From a bacterium (GTDB lineage: Bacteria > RBG-13-66-14 > B26-G2 > WVWN01), in NCBI GenBank assembly GCA_036480675.1, contig JAZGGY010000102.1:1-37278 (forward strand): 37,278 bases of DNA, read 5' to 3'. The translations under genes were made by a program, and so were the position numbers. The notes under the pieces are model-generated. The model saw only the letters and a list, made by a program, of their open reading frames with translations, was not told where the DNA came from and searched no databases. This document shows positions 1 to 9,275 of the stretch, piece by piece. Positions within the stretch are counted from its first letter, which is position 1, and each line of letters opens with the position of its first letter.

Positions 1-422
1 GTCCACTTCGCCTCGGCGTCGATAGCTAACTCGAGCGAGCTCATGTCGCCCGCCGGCGCGCGGAGGCTCTTAACGTAAAGGGCCATCGCCTCCGCGGCCA
101 GGTTGAAGGGCGCCGCCAGTTCCTCGTCGTCGCCCGCTTTGGCGGCGAGTTCCTCGAAGTCGTTTTGAAATCCCTCGAGCTTGGCGGCAAGCTCTTCGGC
201 GGCCGTGTTAGTAACGTCGTGCGCCTTCATATACTCGTCTACTTCCGCGACCTTGGCCCGGAACGTACCCTGCAAGTCCTCCGGCGACGCCGCGGGTACG
301 CCGGCCTCCGCGGCTGTCTCTTCCGCGGTGGCGGGTTCCTCGGCCTTCTTGCCGCACGCCGCCAAGACCACAACCACCAGCAAGACCAAACTCAAACCGG
401 TTAGTCTATAAAAGTTTTTCAA
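1..422 (-). CDS. lipoprotein of unknown function (partial; 3' end beyond window start)
   Basis: Absent from the ORF track because it runs off the window edge and starts at TTG (422..420). The reverse-strand translation begins MKNFYRLTGLSLVLLVVVVLAACGKKAEEP..., a hydrophobic signal peptide ending in an L-A-A-C lipobox. AGGAGG (reverse of 429..434) lies 6 nt upstream of the TTG. Confidence 0.5.
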   Translation of the reverse strand, partial: MKNFYRLTGLSLVLLVVVVLAACGKKAEEPATAEETAAEAGVPAASPEDLQGTFRAKVAEVDEYMKAHDVTNTAAEELAAKLEGFQNDFEELAAKAGDDEELAAPFNLAAEAMALYVKSLRAPAGDMSSLELAIDAEAKW

Positions 423-517
423 CTCGCACCTCCTGTATGGGTTTTCAGTTGCGCATTATTACCACAACGAGGCGAGTTTGACAAGACACTTCGCACGCCC
501 GGGCGGATTTTTCGTTC

Positions 518-546
518 TTACGAACGCGCGCCTAATTTGCTATACT
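518..546 (+). promoter_or_regulatory. candidate extended -10 promoter for the phosphohexomutase gene
   Basis: TGcTATACT at 538..546 lies 29 nt upstream of the GTG start. The -35 (TTACGA, 518..523) at 17-nt spacing is weak. Motif reading only. Confidence 0.25.
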
Positions 547-574
547 CGAGTAAAGATTTAAAAGGAGCGTCGCG

Positions 575-1930
575 GTGATACCTCAGAACATATTCCGGGA
601 ATACGACATCCGCGGGACCGTCGGCGACGAGTTGACGGACGACGTCGTCGCCGCCATCGGCCGGGCCGTCGGCACTTATTTCATCCAACACGGCAAGAAA
701 ACCGCCCTCGTCTGCCGCGACAACCGCTCCTCCAGCGAGCGGTTCGCGACGTCGGTTTCGGACGAGCTGCGGGCGGCGGGCGTCGACGTGGTGGACCTGG
801 GTATGGCGCCGACGCCCGCGTTTTATTTCGCGGCGCGCCGCTACGCCCCCGGCGAAGGCGGCGTTATGGTCACCGGCAGCCACAACCCGCCGCAGTTCAA
901 CGGCTTCAAAATAATCTGCGGCGAGGGGACCATCTACGGCGGCGAAATAAAACGCCTCGCCGAGATCGTCGACGCCGGCGACTTCGCGACGGGCAACGGA
1001 ACGTACCGCACGCGCGACGTCCTGGACGACTATCGGCGCGAGTTGGTGGAACGTATTCGCGTCGCGAGGCCGGTGAAGATCGTCGCCGACTGCGGCAACG
1101 GGACGGCGTCGCTTCTGATACCGGAACTCTTGGCCGACGCGGGCTGCGACGCGGAAGGATTATTCTGCGAACTGGACGGCACATTCCCCAACCACTGGCC
1201 CGACCCCACCATCCCGGAGAACATGGAGGCGCTGATAGGACGCGTGGCCGAAACGGGGGCCGCGGCCGGCGTAGCCTTCGACGGCGACGGCGACCGCATA
1301 GGAGCAGTGGACGACCGCGGCCGTATAATCTGGGGCGACAAACTGCTGGCGCTGTATGCCGCGCCGGTCCTGACGGCGCACCCGGGAGCGAAAGTCATCT
1401 TCGAGGTGAAGTGCTCGCAGGCGCTGGCGGAGGAAGTGGCCGCGCGGGGCGGGATACCGGTGATGTGGAAGACGGGCCACTCGCTCATCGAGGCCAAGAT
1501 AAGGGAAGAGAACGCCCTGTTGGCCGGCGAGATGAGCGGCCACATATATTTCGCCGACCGGTACTTCGGCTACGACGACGCTTTCTACGCCGCGCTCCGC
1601 CTCGCCGAGCTCGTAGCGAACGCCGACGCACCTTTGAGCGAGCTCGTCGACCGGCTCCCGACGTATTACGCCACGCCCGAGATACGCGTCGATTGCCCCG
1701 ACGAGCTCAAGTTCCACGCCGTCGAGGAGATCAAGAAGCGCTTCGCCGACCAAGAAATAATCGAGGTGGACGGCGCCCGCATCCTATTCGACGGCGGATG
1801 GGGTTTGGTCCGAGCCTCCAATACGCAACCCGCGCTCGTCCTTCGTTTCGAGGCCAAAACCGAAAAACGCCGCGACGAAATACGGGCCGAAGTCGAGCGT
1901 AAACTCGAAGAAATTTTAAAACGCGTTTAG
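575..1930 (+). CDS. phosphomannomutase/phosphoglucomutase (alpha-D-phosphohexomutase family)
   Basis: 451-aa ORF with a GTG start and AAGGAG (562..567) 7 nt upstream. Family signatures are TGSHNPPQFNGFK (phosphoserine loop), DGDGDR (Mg loop) and GEMSGH (sugar-binding loop). Confidence 0.93.
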   Translation: MIPQNIFREYDIRGTVGDELTDDVVAAIGRAVGTYFIQHGKKTALVCRDNRSSSERFATSVSDELRAAGVDVVDLGMAPTPAFYFAARRYAPGEGGVMVTGSHNPPQFNGFKIICGEGTIYGGEIKRLAEIVDAGDFATGNGTYRTRDVLDDYRRELVERIRVARPVKIVADCGNGTASLLIPELLADAGCDAEGLFCELDGTFPNHWPDPTIPENMEALIGRVAETGAAAGVAFDGDGDRIGAVDDRGRIIWGDKLLALYAAPVLTAHPGAKVIFEVKCSQALAEEVAARGGIPVMWKTGHSLIEAKIREENALLAGEMSGHIYFADRYFGYDDAFYAALRLAELVANADAPLSELVDRLPTYYATPEIRVDCPDELKFHAVEEIKKRFADQEIIEVDGARILFDGGWGLVRASNTQPALVLRFEAKTEKRRDEIRAEVERKLEEILKRV

Positions 1931-1955
1931 GTCGGGAATACTATTAGTTTTTATC

Positions 1956-1984
1956 TTGACACGCGGTGCGGCACCGGTTAGAAT
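1956..1984 (+). promoter_or_regulatory. candidate sigma70-type promoter (TTGACA-17-TAGAAT)
   Basis: Consensus -35 TTGACA (1956..1961), a 17-nt spacer and TAGAAT (1979..1984), about 100 nt upstream of the C25 peptidase start in an AT-richer intergenic gap. Confidence 0.5.
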
Positions 1985-2080
1985 TGAAGGTAGGGATATT
2001 ACCCGAAAGGCGGGTGATCGCGACCCCGAAAACGTTTAAACGTTTCAAAACGTAATTATATTAACAAAGGGGTAACGCGC

Positions 2081-4711
2081 ATGAAAAAATCGTTAATTTG
2101 GTTGGCAGTTCTCGTGGTCGCTGCTTCCGCGGCCGCTTCGGCCGAAACCGTTTTCCTGAGCGGAAGCGGCGAACCGTCGGCCGCGGCCCGCGTCGTAACG
2201 GACACCGCGACGGAAACGGTACTCACCTTCTCTATGGACGGATTCACACGGGAGAAGGAAACCGAGGGCGGCATTACGTACGACCGCGTCATCCTGCGCG
2301 AGCGCGGAACGACCGATAATATCGGCCTGCCCGAGCTCCCGGCCTTGAACGAGACGGTGATGATACCGGGCGACCGCAAGGTCAGCGTGGACATCGTCAA
2401 ATGGGACGAGGTTACGCTCAGCGGCTACAAAGTCTGGCCGTTCCAGACGCCCGCAACGGACGTCGACTTTGAACTCCCGTTCGTCCGCGACAACAAGTAC
2501 TACGAGGCGGGTTCTACCTACCCGACGGCCAAAGTCGAGCTCGGCACGCCGGCTATATTCCGCGACATCCGCGTCATCCCGCTGCGGGTTTACCCTTTCC
2601 GGTGGGACCCGGCAACGGGCGAATTGAGGGTCGCGAGGAAGATCACGGTCAAACTCAACTACTACGGCCAGGATACGGTTAACACGCTGCGGGTTACCGG
2701 GTACCGCGACCCGGACTTCGAGCCGCTATACGAGAACACCGTAGTAAACTATAAGACCGGGCATCACGGCATGGACGCGGGCGGCAACCTGGAATACCCC
2801 GAACACCTCTTCATTTGCTACCCGGACTACAAGGACGAAGCCGAAGCGCTGGCCGAGTTCTACAACAAGATGGGCGTCTACACGCTGGTAGTTACTACGA
2901 ACGAAGCCGGGACCACCAAAGAGAGTATTAAAGCCTACATCCAGACCATCTACAACAAGACGACGCCGGCGGTGCTCAAGTACGTACTGCTCGTGGGCGA
3001 TATCGACTACGTCGCAGCGGGCTATTGGCCCGGCTACAGCATGGTCGCCGACTACTGGTACTCCTGCCTGACGGGGGGCTTAGCGGACCCCTACCCCGAC
3101 GTCAACGTAGTCCGGTACAGTACTAAGGACGCCGCCAAGGTTACGTACTTCATCCAGAAGAACATAAAGTACCAGAAAGACCCGGACCTGAGCAACGACT
3201 GGCTCAACAACGCGATGCTCTGCGCCCACCGAGAAAACGCTCCCGGCAAATACGAAGGGTGCACCGAAGAAGTCGCGAATTACTCTTACTCGAAGTTCAA
3301 ACCCAACTTCATAAAGATCTACGGCTCGCAAGGAAAGCGCAATTCGGACGTCTCCAACGCCATAAACAGCGGCGTGAACATCGCCTCCTACCGCGGCCAC
3401 GGCAACGAAACCTCCTGGACCGGTTGGAGCACCTACGGCGATTACTATAGAACCAGCGACGTCCACGCCCTCACCAACGGCGACAAAACGCCCATCTGGC
3501 TCAACGTCTGCTGCCTGAACGGCAACTTCGCCTACGGCGCGGAGAACTTCATCGAGTCGAACCTGAACGCGACCGGCAAGGCCGGCGTAGCGTCCAACAG
3601 CGCCTCCGACCCCTCGTACACCGTCCCCAACCACGACTACATGAAGGAGATGTACAAGGCCATCTACGACCAGGGCATCCTGAACGCAGGCCTCGTCTCC
3701 AACTACGGCAACACCAAGCTCATCCAGATATACGGGCCGTACCATACGTACATAAAGAACGTATACATGTATATGTGGAACGGCGACCCATTCACCAAGA
3801 TCTGGATGAAGAAACCGGACAAAAAGTTGACGGCTACTCATCCGACCGAGTTCATTCCCGAACCAGGAAAAAAATTCGTCGTCACCGTTTCGGATACCAC
3901 GCGGGCGCTGGTGGAAGGCGCGTTAGTCGGCCTATATAAAAAGGACGACGTTTATTGCGCCGGCACCACCAACAGCGAAGGCAAGGTCGAGCTCGAGCCG
4001 ACGCGGCTGTTAACCGGCGAAGGCACGATGTACGTTACGGCCACGAAGGACGGCTACCTCGGCTACTGGGGCGAATGCACCCTCCAATCGGGGCAAGACG
4101 TCAAGATATCTCACTTCGTAGCCCGTAAGGCCGACGGCGGCGTACGGCTGTCCTGGAACGCGCAGCACGACGGCGAGCTTCTCGGCTTCAACCTGTACCG
4201 CCTGAAAGTCACCGCGAGCGGCGACAACGATTCGCTACGCGTGGGCGGCGACTCGGTGGCCGAAACGACGGCGTGGGCCAAAATCAACGAGGAGTTGATC
4301 GTAGGCCGCGGCCCGTACGAATACGTCGACGGCGTCGGCGAGGGTAGTTACCGTTATAAGCTCGAGGCGATCACGCGGGCCGACCCGATAATAGTCGGGC
4401 CCATCGGCGTCGACACCAAGGCGATACCCAAGGCGTTCGCCCTCAGCCAAAATTACCCGAACCCGGCCAGCGTATCGACTAAAATCAGCTTCGGCCTTCC
4501 GACCGCCACGAATAACATCAAACTCCGCATCTACGACCTCTCGGGCCGCGAGATCAAATCGATCAACGTCGGCTCGCGGTCAGCGGGCATCGTGAGCGTG
4601 GAATGGAACCTCACCGACGACACAGGTCGGTACATCCCGTCGGGCGTATACCTCTACCGCCTCGACACGCCCAGCTTCTCCGCCACAAAGCGCATGGTCG
4701 TCGTACGGTAA
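2081..4711 (+). CDS. C25-family (gingipain/PorU-like) cysteine peptidase with T9SS C-terminal sorting domain
   Basis: 876-aa ORF with AAAGGGG upstream of the ATG and an N-terminal signal peptide (LAVLVVAASAAASA). It has a gingipain-like propeptide region (GLPELPALNETVMIPG) and a His/Cys dyad context (SYRGHGNETSW ... IWLNVCCLNGNF). The C-terminus is FlgD-Ig/Por-secretion-tail-like (LSQNYPNPASVSTKISFGLP...RIYDLSGREIKSI...SGVYLYRLDT...KRMVVVR). Confidence 0.9.
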   Translation: MKKSLIWLAVLVVAASAAASAETVFLSGSGEPSAAARVVTDTATETVLTFSMDGFTREKETEGGITYDRVILRERGTTDNIGLPELPALNETVMIPGDRKVSVDIVKWDEVTLSGYKVWPFQTPATDVDFELPFVRDNKYYEAGSTYPTAKVELGTPAIFRDIRVIPLRVYPFRWDPATGELRVARKITVKLNYYGQDTVNTLRVTGYRDPDFEPLYENTVVNYKTGHHGMDAGGNLEYPEHLFICYPDYKDEAEALAEFYNKMGVYTLVVTTNEAGTTKESIKAYIQTIYNKTTPAVLKYVLLVGDIDYVAAGYWPGYSMVADYWYSCLTGGLADPYPDVNVVRYSTKDAAKVTYFIQKNIKYQKDPDLSNDWLNNAMLCAHRENAPGKYEGCTEEVANYSYSKFKPNFIKIYGSQGKRNSDVSNAINSGVNIASYRGHGNETSWTGWSTYGDYYRTSDVHALTNGDKTPIWLNVCCLNGNFAYGAENFIESNLNATGKAGVASNSASDPSYTVPNHDYMKEMYKAIYDQGILNAGLVSNYGNTKLIQIYGPYHTYIKNVYMYMWNGDPFTKIWMKKPDKKLTATHPTEFIPEPGKKFVVTVSDTTRALVEGALVGLYKKDDVYCAGTTNSEGKVELEPTRLLTGEGTMYVTATKDGYLGYWGECTLQSGQDVKISHFVARKADGGVRLSWNAQHDGELLGFNLYRLKVTASGDNDSLRVGGDSVAETTAWAKINEELIVGRGPYEYVDGVGEGSYRYKLEAITRADPIIVGPIGVDTKAIPKAFALSQNYPNPASVSTKISFGLPTATNNIKLRIYDLSGREIKSINVGSRSAGIVSVEWNLTDDTGRYIPSGVYLYRLDTPSFSATKRMVVVR

Positions 4712-4726
4712 CGACAGAGGAACAAT

Positions 4727-4758
4727 AAAAAAACCCCGGCTCCGGCCGGGGTTTTTTT
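4727..4758. terminator. bidirectional rho-independent terminator between convergent genes
   Basis: AAAAAAA-CCCCGGC-tccg-GCCGGGG-TTTTTTT: a perfect 7-bp GC stem flanked by A and T tracts, between the C25 gene (+) and pyrC (-). Confidence 0.85.
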
Positions 4759-4776
4759 CTATCCTTCGCAAATCGT

Positions 4777-6090
4777 TTACGTCGCCAGCGCCGGATTGGG
4801 CGGCGACGCCAACTTGCCGTCCCGCATTACAACGTTGCCGCCCACGACGGTGAGGGCCGGCTTTCCGCCAACCTCGACTCCATCGAACGCCGTGTTTTTA
4901 CCGCGGGAGAAAAATGAGGCCGCCGTTATGACCGACGCTCCCTTGACGTCGAGCACGGCGACGTCCGCCGGCGCCCCCACCGCCAGCGTACCGCCGGGTA
5001 AGCCGAACAACTTGGCCGGCCCGGCGGAAATAAGCCGTACGAAATCGGCGGGCGACATACCCGCCCCGGCGACCAAAGCGGTGTAAGCAACCGCCACGTA
5101 CGTCTCGATGCCGGAGATGCCGAACGCAGCGTCGTCGAATTCGACGTCCTTGTCGACCACCGAGAGCGGTACGTGATGCGACGCCACGGCGTCGATGGTC
5201 CCGTCCGCCAAGCCAACCTTGACGGCCTCGACGTCGCGTTCGCTGCGGAGGGGCGGCGATACTTTGGCGAAGGTGTTAAATCCTTCCACCGCGCGCTCCG
5301 TCAGCCAGAAGTAATGGGGCGACGTGTCGCACGTTACCTTGATGCCATCCGCCTTGGCGCGGCGGATCAGCTCTACCGCGCCCGCGACCGTTACCGGCGA
5401 AACGTGTACGCGCCACCGCGTCATCCGCGCCAATATGATGTCGCGGATGACCATTACTTCTTCCGCCGACCACGGGATCCCCTTCAGCCCCAACGTCGTG
5501 GACACGAAGCCCTCGTTCATCACGCCCCCCGCCGCCAGCGACTCGTCCTGAGGAAACGCGATTACCGGGACGGCGAAGGCCCGGGCGTACTCCAGGCCCC
5601 GTCTCATGACCTGCGAGTCCATTACGGCGCGGTCGTCGCCCACCGCCAACGCGCCGCCCGTGACGAGGTCGCCCACGTCGGTGAGGGTCTCCCCCCTGAG
5701 CCCGCGCGTCAGCGCCGCCACCGGTTTAAGGCGGACCAGACCCTCCCGGCGGTTCTTGCTCAATAGGAATTCGGCGACGGCGATGTTGTCCAACGGCACG
5801 TCGTCGCACGGCCGGCACACCGCGGTCGTAACGCCGCCGGCCGCGGCCGCGCGCGACAAGCTCGCCACCGTCTCGCGGTCGGCGCGGGTCGGCTCAGAAA
5901 AGTGGACGTGCAAATCGACGGCGCCCGGCACGACCCACTTCCCGGTGGCGTCGTATATTTCGGCATCTTCGGGCGCGGATAAATTTACCTCGCACGCCGC
6001 CACGACGCCGTCGGCCAGCAAGAGGTCGCACACCAGGTCCACGTCGCGCGAGGGGTCTATGACCCGCCCGTTCTTTATCAGGAGCTTCAT
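4777..6090 (-). CDS. pyrC: dihydroorotase
   Basis: The ORF track gives 4777..6279. I place the start at ATG 6088..6090 (MKLLIKNGRVIDP...), which forms an ATGA overlap with the pyrB stop. The upstream extension is Arg/Gly-rich and overlaps pyrB. The metal-binding HxH motif is present (VDLHVHFSEP). Confidence 0.92.
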   Translation of the reverse strand: MKLLIKNGRVIDPSRDVDLVCDLLLADGVVAACEVNLSAPEDAEIYDATGKWVVPGAVDLHVHFSEPTRADRETVASLSRAAAAGGVTTAVCRPCDDVPLDNIAVAEFLLSKNRREGLVRLKPVAALTRGLRGETLTDVGDLVTGGALAVGDDRAVMDSQVMRRGLEYARAFAVPVIAFPQDESLAAGGVMNEGFVSTTLGLKGIPWSAEEVMVIRDIILARMTRWRVHVSPVTVAGAVELIRRAKADGIKVTCDTSPHYFWLTERAVEGFNTFAKVSPPLRSERDVEAVKVGLADGTIDAVASHHVPLSVVDKDVEFDDAAFGISGIETYVAVAYTALVAGAGMSPADFVRLISAGPAKLFGLPGGTLAVGAPADVAVLDVKGASVITAASFFSRGKNTAFDGVEVGGKPALTVVGGNVVMRDGKLASPPNPALAT

Positions 6091-7010
6091 TCGCGTTCGC
6101 CGGCCAGCAAGTAGAGCACGGCCATTCGTACCGCGATGCCGTTGGTCACCTGTTGGACCAGGAGTGGAAACGCGTAGTCCGCCACCTCGGGGGAGATCTC
6201 GACGCCGCGGTTCATCGAGCCCGAATGCAGGACCAGCGCGTCGTCGGCGGCCAGCGCGAGCCGCCGCGGCGTAAGGCAATAGAACCGCGCGTACTCCCGC
6301 AGAGAAGGTATCTGCAAGCGATTGGCGTCGGTTATCTCGACGCGCGACAGTAGTATAACGTCCGCGCCGGCGATGCCGTCCTCAAGGCGCGTCGCCACCC
6401 GCACGCGGAATTGGTCCACGCCGGGCGGAATCAACGTCGACGGGCCGACGAGCGTAACCTCGGCGCCCATCTTCTTCAAGCCGTATATATTGGATATCGT
6501 AGCGGGGCTTCGCGGGTGGTCGCCCAGTATCGCGACCTTGAGCCCCTCAAAACGCTTCTCGTTTTCCCAAATAGTAAAGAGGTCCACCAGGGTTTGGGTG
6601 GGGTGCTCGTGGGGGCCGTCGCCGGCGTTAATTACCGAACACTCCACCTGGCGGGCGAGTTGGTGCGCGGCGCCGGCCATGGAGTGGCGCACCACCAGGA
6701 AGTCGACCTGCATTGCTTCTACCGTCTTGGCGGTGTCGGTTAGGGTCTCGCCGGTAGCGGCCGACGACGTCGCCGCGGTGATGTTTATGAAGTCGGCCGA
6801 AAGGCGCTTGGCCGCGAGCTCGAACGAAAGGCGCGTCCGCGTGGAGGGCTCGTAAAAGAGATTGGCCACCGTCTTCCCGCGTAAGGCGGGCACCTTCTTG
6901 ACGGGCCGCGCCGCCAAGGTTTGAAAATTGGCCGCGGTATCGAGGATAACGCGGAGCTCGCCCTCACTCAGCGCCTGGATGCCCAAAAGGTCTTTCGATT
7001 GCAGGGCCAC
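6087..7010 (-). CDS. pyrB: aspartate carbamoyltransferase catalytic subunit
   Basis: 307-aa ORF with a GTG start and AAGGGG upstream. Signatures are FYEPSTRTRLSFE (carbamoyl-phosphate site), the HPTQ motif and HSGSMNRGVEI. Confidence 0.96.
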   Translation of the reverse strand: MALQSKDLLGIQALSEGELRVILDTAANFQTLAARPVKKVPALRGKTVANLFYEPSTRTRLSFELAAKRLSADFINITAATSSAATGETLTDTAKTVEAMQVDFLVVRHSMAGAAHQLARQVECSVINAGDGPHEHPTQTLVDLFTIWENEKRFEGLKVAILGDHPRSPATISNIYGLKKMGAEVTLVGPSTLIPPGVDQFRVRVATRLEDGIAGADVILLSRVEITDANRLQIPSLREYARFYCLTPRRLALAADDALVLHSGSMNRGVEISPEVADYAFPLLVQQVTNGIAVRMAVLYLLAGERE

Positions 7011-7033
7011 CTTAACCCCTTAAAAACGCCGGC

Positions 7034-7594
7034 CTAACGTCGGCCGGCGGGACAGGGATACGTTATCACGCGGTCGCCGTCGTCGCCGAAGAGAACCTCG
7101 ATTATACTGTCGCGCTCGACGTCGACGCGCGTTCCGACGAAGTCCGGCTGGATGGGCAGCTCGCGGCCGCCGCGGTCGACGAGCACCGCCAACTCTATAC
7201 GCCGCGGCCTACCTAAGTCCATGAGGTTGTCGATAGCGGCGCGTACGGTCCTTCCCGTAAAGATGACGTCGTCGACCAATACTACCGTCATGCCGGCCAC
7301 GTCGAACGTGATATCGGTAGAACGCACTACGGGCGCGGGCCCGATTTGCGAGAGGTCGTCGCGATAGAGCGTGATGTCGACGGTCCCGGTGGCGGCCGGT
7401 TTCGCCCCCAATTGCTCGAGGGCCGCGACGATGCGCTCGGCGAGCGGCACGCCGCCGGTATGGATGCCGACTACCGCCAACTCGTCCGCGCCGGCGTTCT
7501 CCGCGACGATCTCGCTCGCCATACGCGCGACGGCGCTCCCCGTATCGGCGACCGAAAGTATTTCGGAAACTTCGTATTCACCTTCAGAAGTCAT
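7034..7594 (-). CDS. pyrR: bifunctional pyrimidine operon regulator / uracil phosphoribosyltransferase PyrR
   Basis: 186-aa ORF with the PRPP-binding motif VVLVDDVIFTGRTVRAA followed by RIELAVLVDRGGRELPIQPDFVG. It is the first gene of pyrR-pyrB-pyrC, 23 nt upstream of pyrB. Confidence 0.93.
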   Translation of the reverse strand: MTSEGEYEVSEILSVADTGSAVARMASEIVAENAGADELAVVGIHTGGVPLAERIVAALEQLGAKPAATGTVDITLYRDDLSQIGPAPVVRSTDITFDVAGMTVVLVDDVIFTGRTVRAAIDNLMDLGRPRRIELAVLVDRGGRELPIQPDFVGTRVDVERDSIIEVLFGDDGDRVITYPCPAGRR

Positions 7595-7641
7595 AATCTT
7601 TACCGCACCCGGTTACTAACGACGCGAAGCCAGCGGCGCAC

Positions 7642-7670
7642 AATTTACCACTTTGAGCCTTTTATTTCAA
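7642..7670 (-). promoter_or_regulatory. candidate promoter of the pyr operon (TTGAAA-17-TAAATT)
   Basis: The reverse strand reads TTGAAA (7665..7670), a 17-nt spacer and TAAATT (7642..7647), about 45 nt upstream of the pyrR ATG. Motif reading only. Confidence 0.3.
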
Positions 7671-7709
7671 GGTTAAAACGCCACCGGTCGCCGCGGCCCC
7701 AACCCGGCC

Positions 7710-9215
7710 CTACGCCGCCTTTTCGGCCGTACGAGCGATCCAGCGCGAAATAGGCCGGCTCGCGCGGCCCAAATTCCACTGAAGCTCGGCCTCGCGCCAA
7801 CTTCCCGCGACTACGCGCACCCCGCGCGCCCGGGCCCGTATCGCGCGCACGCGTTCGCGGAACTCGCGCCGCGACAGGAGCGGCGCGTCGGCCAAAGGGG
7901 TCCGCGGCTTCGGCACCAACGGGTTTACGCGCGCCTCGAAAGTCAAAGTTTTAAACCGCCGGTTGAGCCGGGCTAGTTCGTCGCCCACGGCGGCCGCGTC
8001 GGCCGCGCTCTCTCCCGGCGCTCCCACGATGTAATAGAGCTTAACTTTGGATAAACCCGCCGCCGCGGCGACTTCCAGACATTCCTCGAGCCGCCCGGGC
8101 GGCACCGGCTTGCCCAGCCTGGCCCGCCCCTCCTCCGTCGCGGCCTCGGGCGCCAGCGCCGCGCCCCGCTGGCCCGAGGCGCTAAGCGCCTTCAAAACCG
8201 CGGGCGTCCGCGACGCCGCGAGGGCGAGCGAGCTTACGCTCAACAACATGCCGCGTTCGACGACGCTTTCGGCCAACGCGACGATGTCGCCGTAATCGGC
8301 CAAGGCCGCGCCCACGAGCCCAACCTTGCCAACCTTTCCCTGTACCTCGTCCACCAACGGCCACAATGACGACAGCTCGCGCCGGCGCGGCGGCGAACTA
8401 ACCGCGGCGGTCTGGCAAAAAGAACACGCCCGGCCGCATCCGCGGATAGGCTCGAGCAGGAGCAACTTGCCGAATTCGCCGTACGGCGTCGCAAGCCACG
8501 AGCCGCCCCGGTACGGCGTGAGGTCATCCACGCGGGAAGCCTCGACCTTCGCCGGCGCGCCCTCCTCCGCGACTACCTGCGCCGGCGACCCCGGCGCGCC
8601 GTACAGGACCCGATACAACGCCGGGACGTAGACGCCCGGGACTTGCGCCATAAGGACCAGCACATCTCGCCGGGGCACGCCGACGTTGGCCGCGACTACG
8701 TCAAGAACCGCCGGGAGAGACTCTTCAGCGTCGCCCAGTACGACGGCGTCGGCGAACGGCGCCAGCGGCTCCGGGTTGGAGGTGACGGCCGGGCCTCCCA
8801 ATATCACGAACGGGTCGAACTCGCCGCGCTCCACGGCCCAGGGGCGAACGCCGCCGCCCGCCAACATCCCGTATACCCGCAGGTAGTCCGGCTCGTAATA
8901 GACGGAGAACGCGACGACGTCGGCTTGAGACAACGGCGTCCCGTACTCCAGGCCGATTACGTCTTTTACGACACCTTTGGACGGCTTCCCCGCGTAGCAC
9001 GCGAAGTACCGCTCCGCCCGGAACGCCGGGTGCGCGGCGAACGCGCCCCACGCGAGCTGGTACCCCAGCGAAGCCATGCCGACGCGGTAGCTGTTGGGAT
9101 AGCACGCCGCGGCGGCCAACTCGCCGTCGCCGCCCGGCGCGGGCGTCGCCAAAGCTACCTCCGCGGCGAGGACGTCCCGCCGGCGTTCGGCGTTCGATTC
9201 CTTAGCGTAAGCCAC
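7710..9215 (-). CDS. radical SAM protein with B12-binding-like N-terminal region (TIGR03960-like, function unknown)
   Basis: 501-aa ORF with a GTG start. It has a CxxxCxxC cluster motif (RGCGRACSFCQ). The N-terminal YPNSYRVGMASLGYQLAWG resembles the conserved motif of that uncharacterised rSAM family; the family assignment is from memory. Confidence 0.78.
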   Translation of the reverse strand: MAYAKESNAERRRDVLAAEVALATPAPGGDGELAAAACYPNSYRVGMASLGYQLAWGAFAAHPAFRAERYFACYAGKPSKGVVKDVIGLEYGTPLSQADVVAFSVYYEPDYLRVYGMLAGGGVRPWAVERGEFDPFVILGGPAVTSNPEPLAPFADAVVLGDAEESLPAVLDVVAANVGVPRRDVLVLMAQVPGVYVPALYRVLYGAPGSPAQVVAEEGAPAKVEASRVDDLTPYRGGSWLATPYGEFGKLLLLEPIRGCGRACSFCQTAAVSSPPRRRELSSLWPLVDEVQGKVGKVGLVGAALADYGDIVALAESVVERGMLLSVSSLALAASRTPAVLKALSASGQRGAALAPEAATEEGRARLGKPVPPGRLEECLEVAAAAGLSKVKLYYIVGAPGESAADAAAVGDELARLNRRFKTLTFEARVNPLVPKPRTPLADAPLLSRREFRERVRAIRARARGVRVVAGSWREAELQWNLGRASRPISRWIARTAEKAA

Positions 9216-9275
9216 GGGCGTAATAAAAGGCGCCTTCGCGCCCCGACGACCGTACGTGCGGTATCCAGGTCGCCG

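Noticed and set aside
6091-6279. N-terminal extension of the pyrC ORF; similar extensions occur at 31129-31245, 18915-18968, 17632-17706 and 10203-10313
   Set aside because: Each extension overlaps the upstream gene and is Arg-rich. In each case an internal start with an SD, or an ATGA or short-gap junction, begins exactly where family-typical sequence starts.
7595-7709. Looked for a PyrR-binding anti-terminator/attenuator in the pyr leader
   Set aside because: I found no sequence resembling the PyrR binding loop (purine-UCCAGAGAGG-like) and no terminator hairpin. The leader from the candidate promoter is only about 45 nt.
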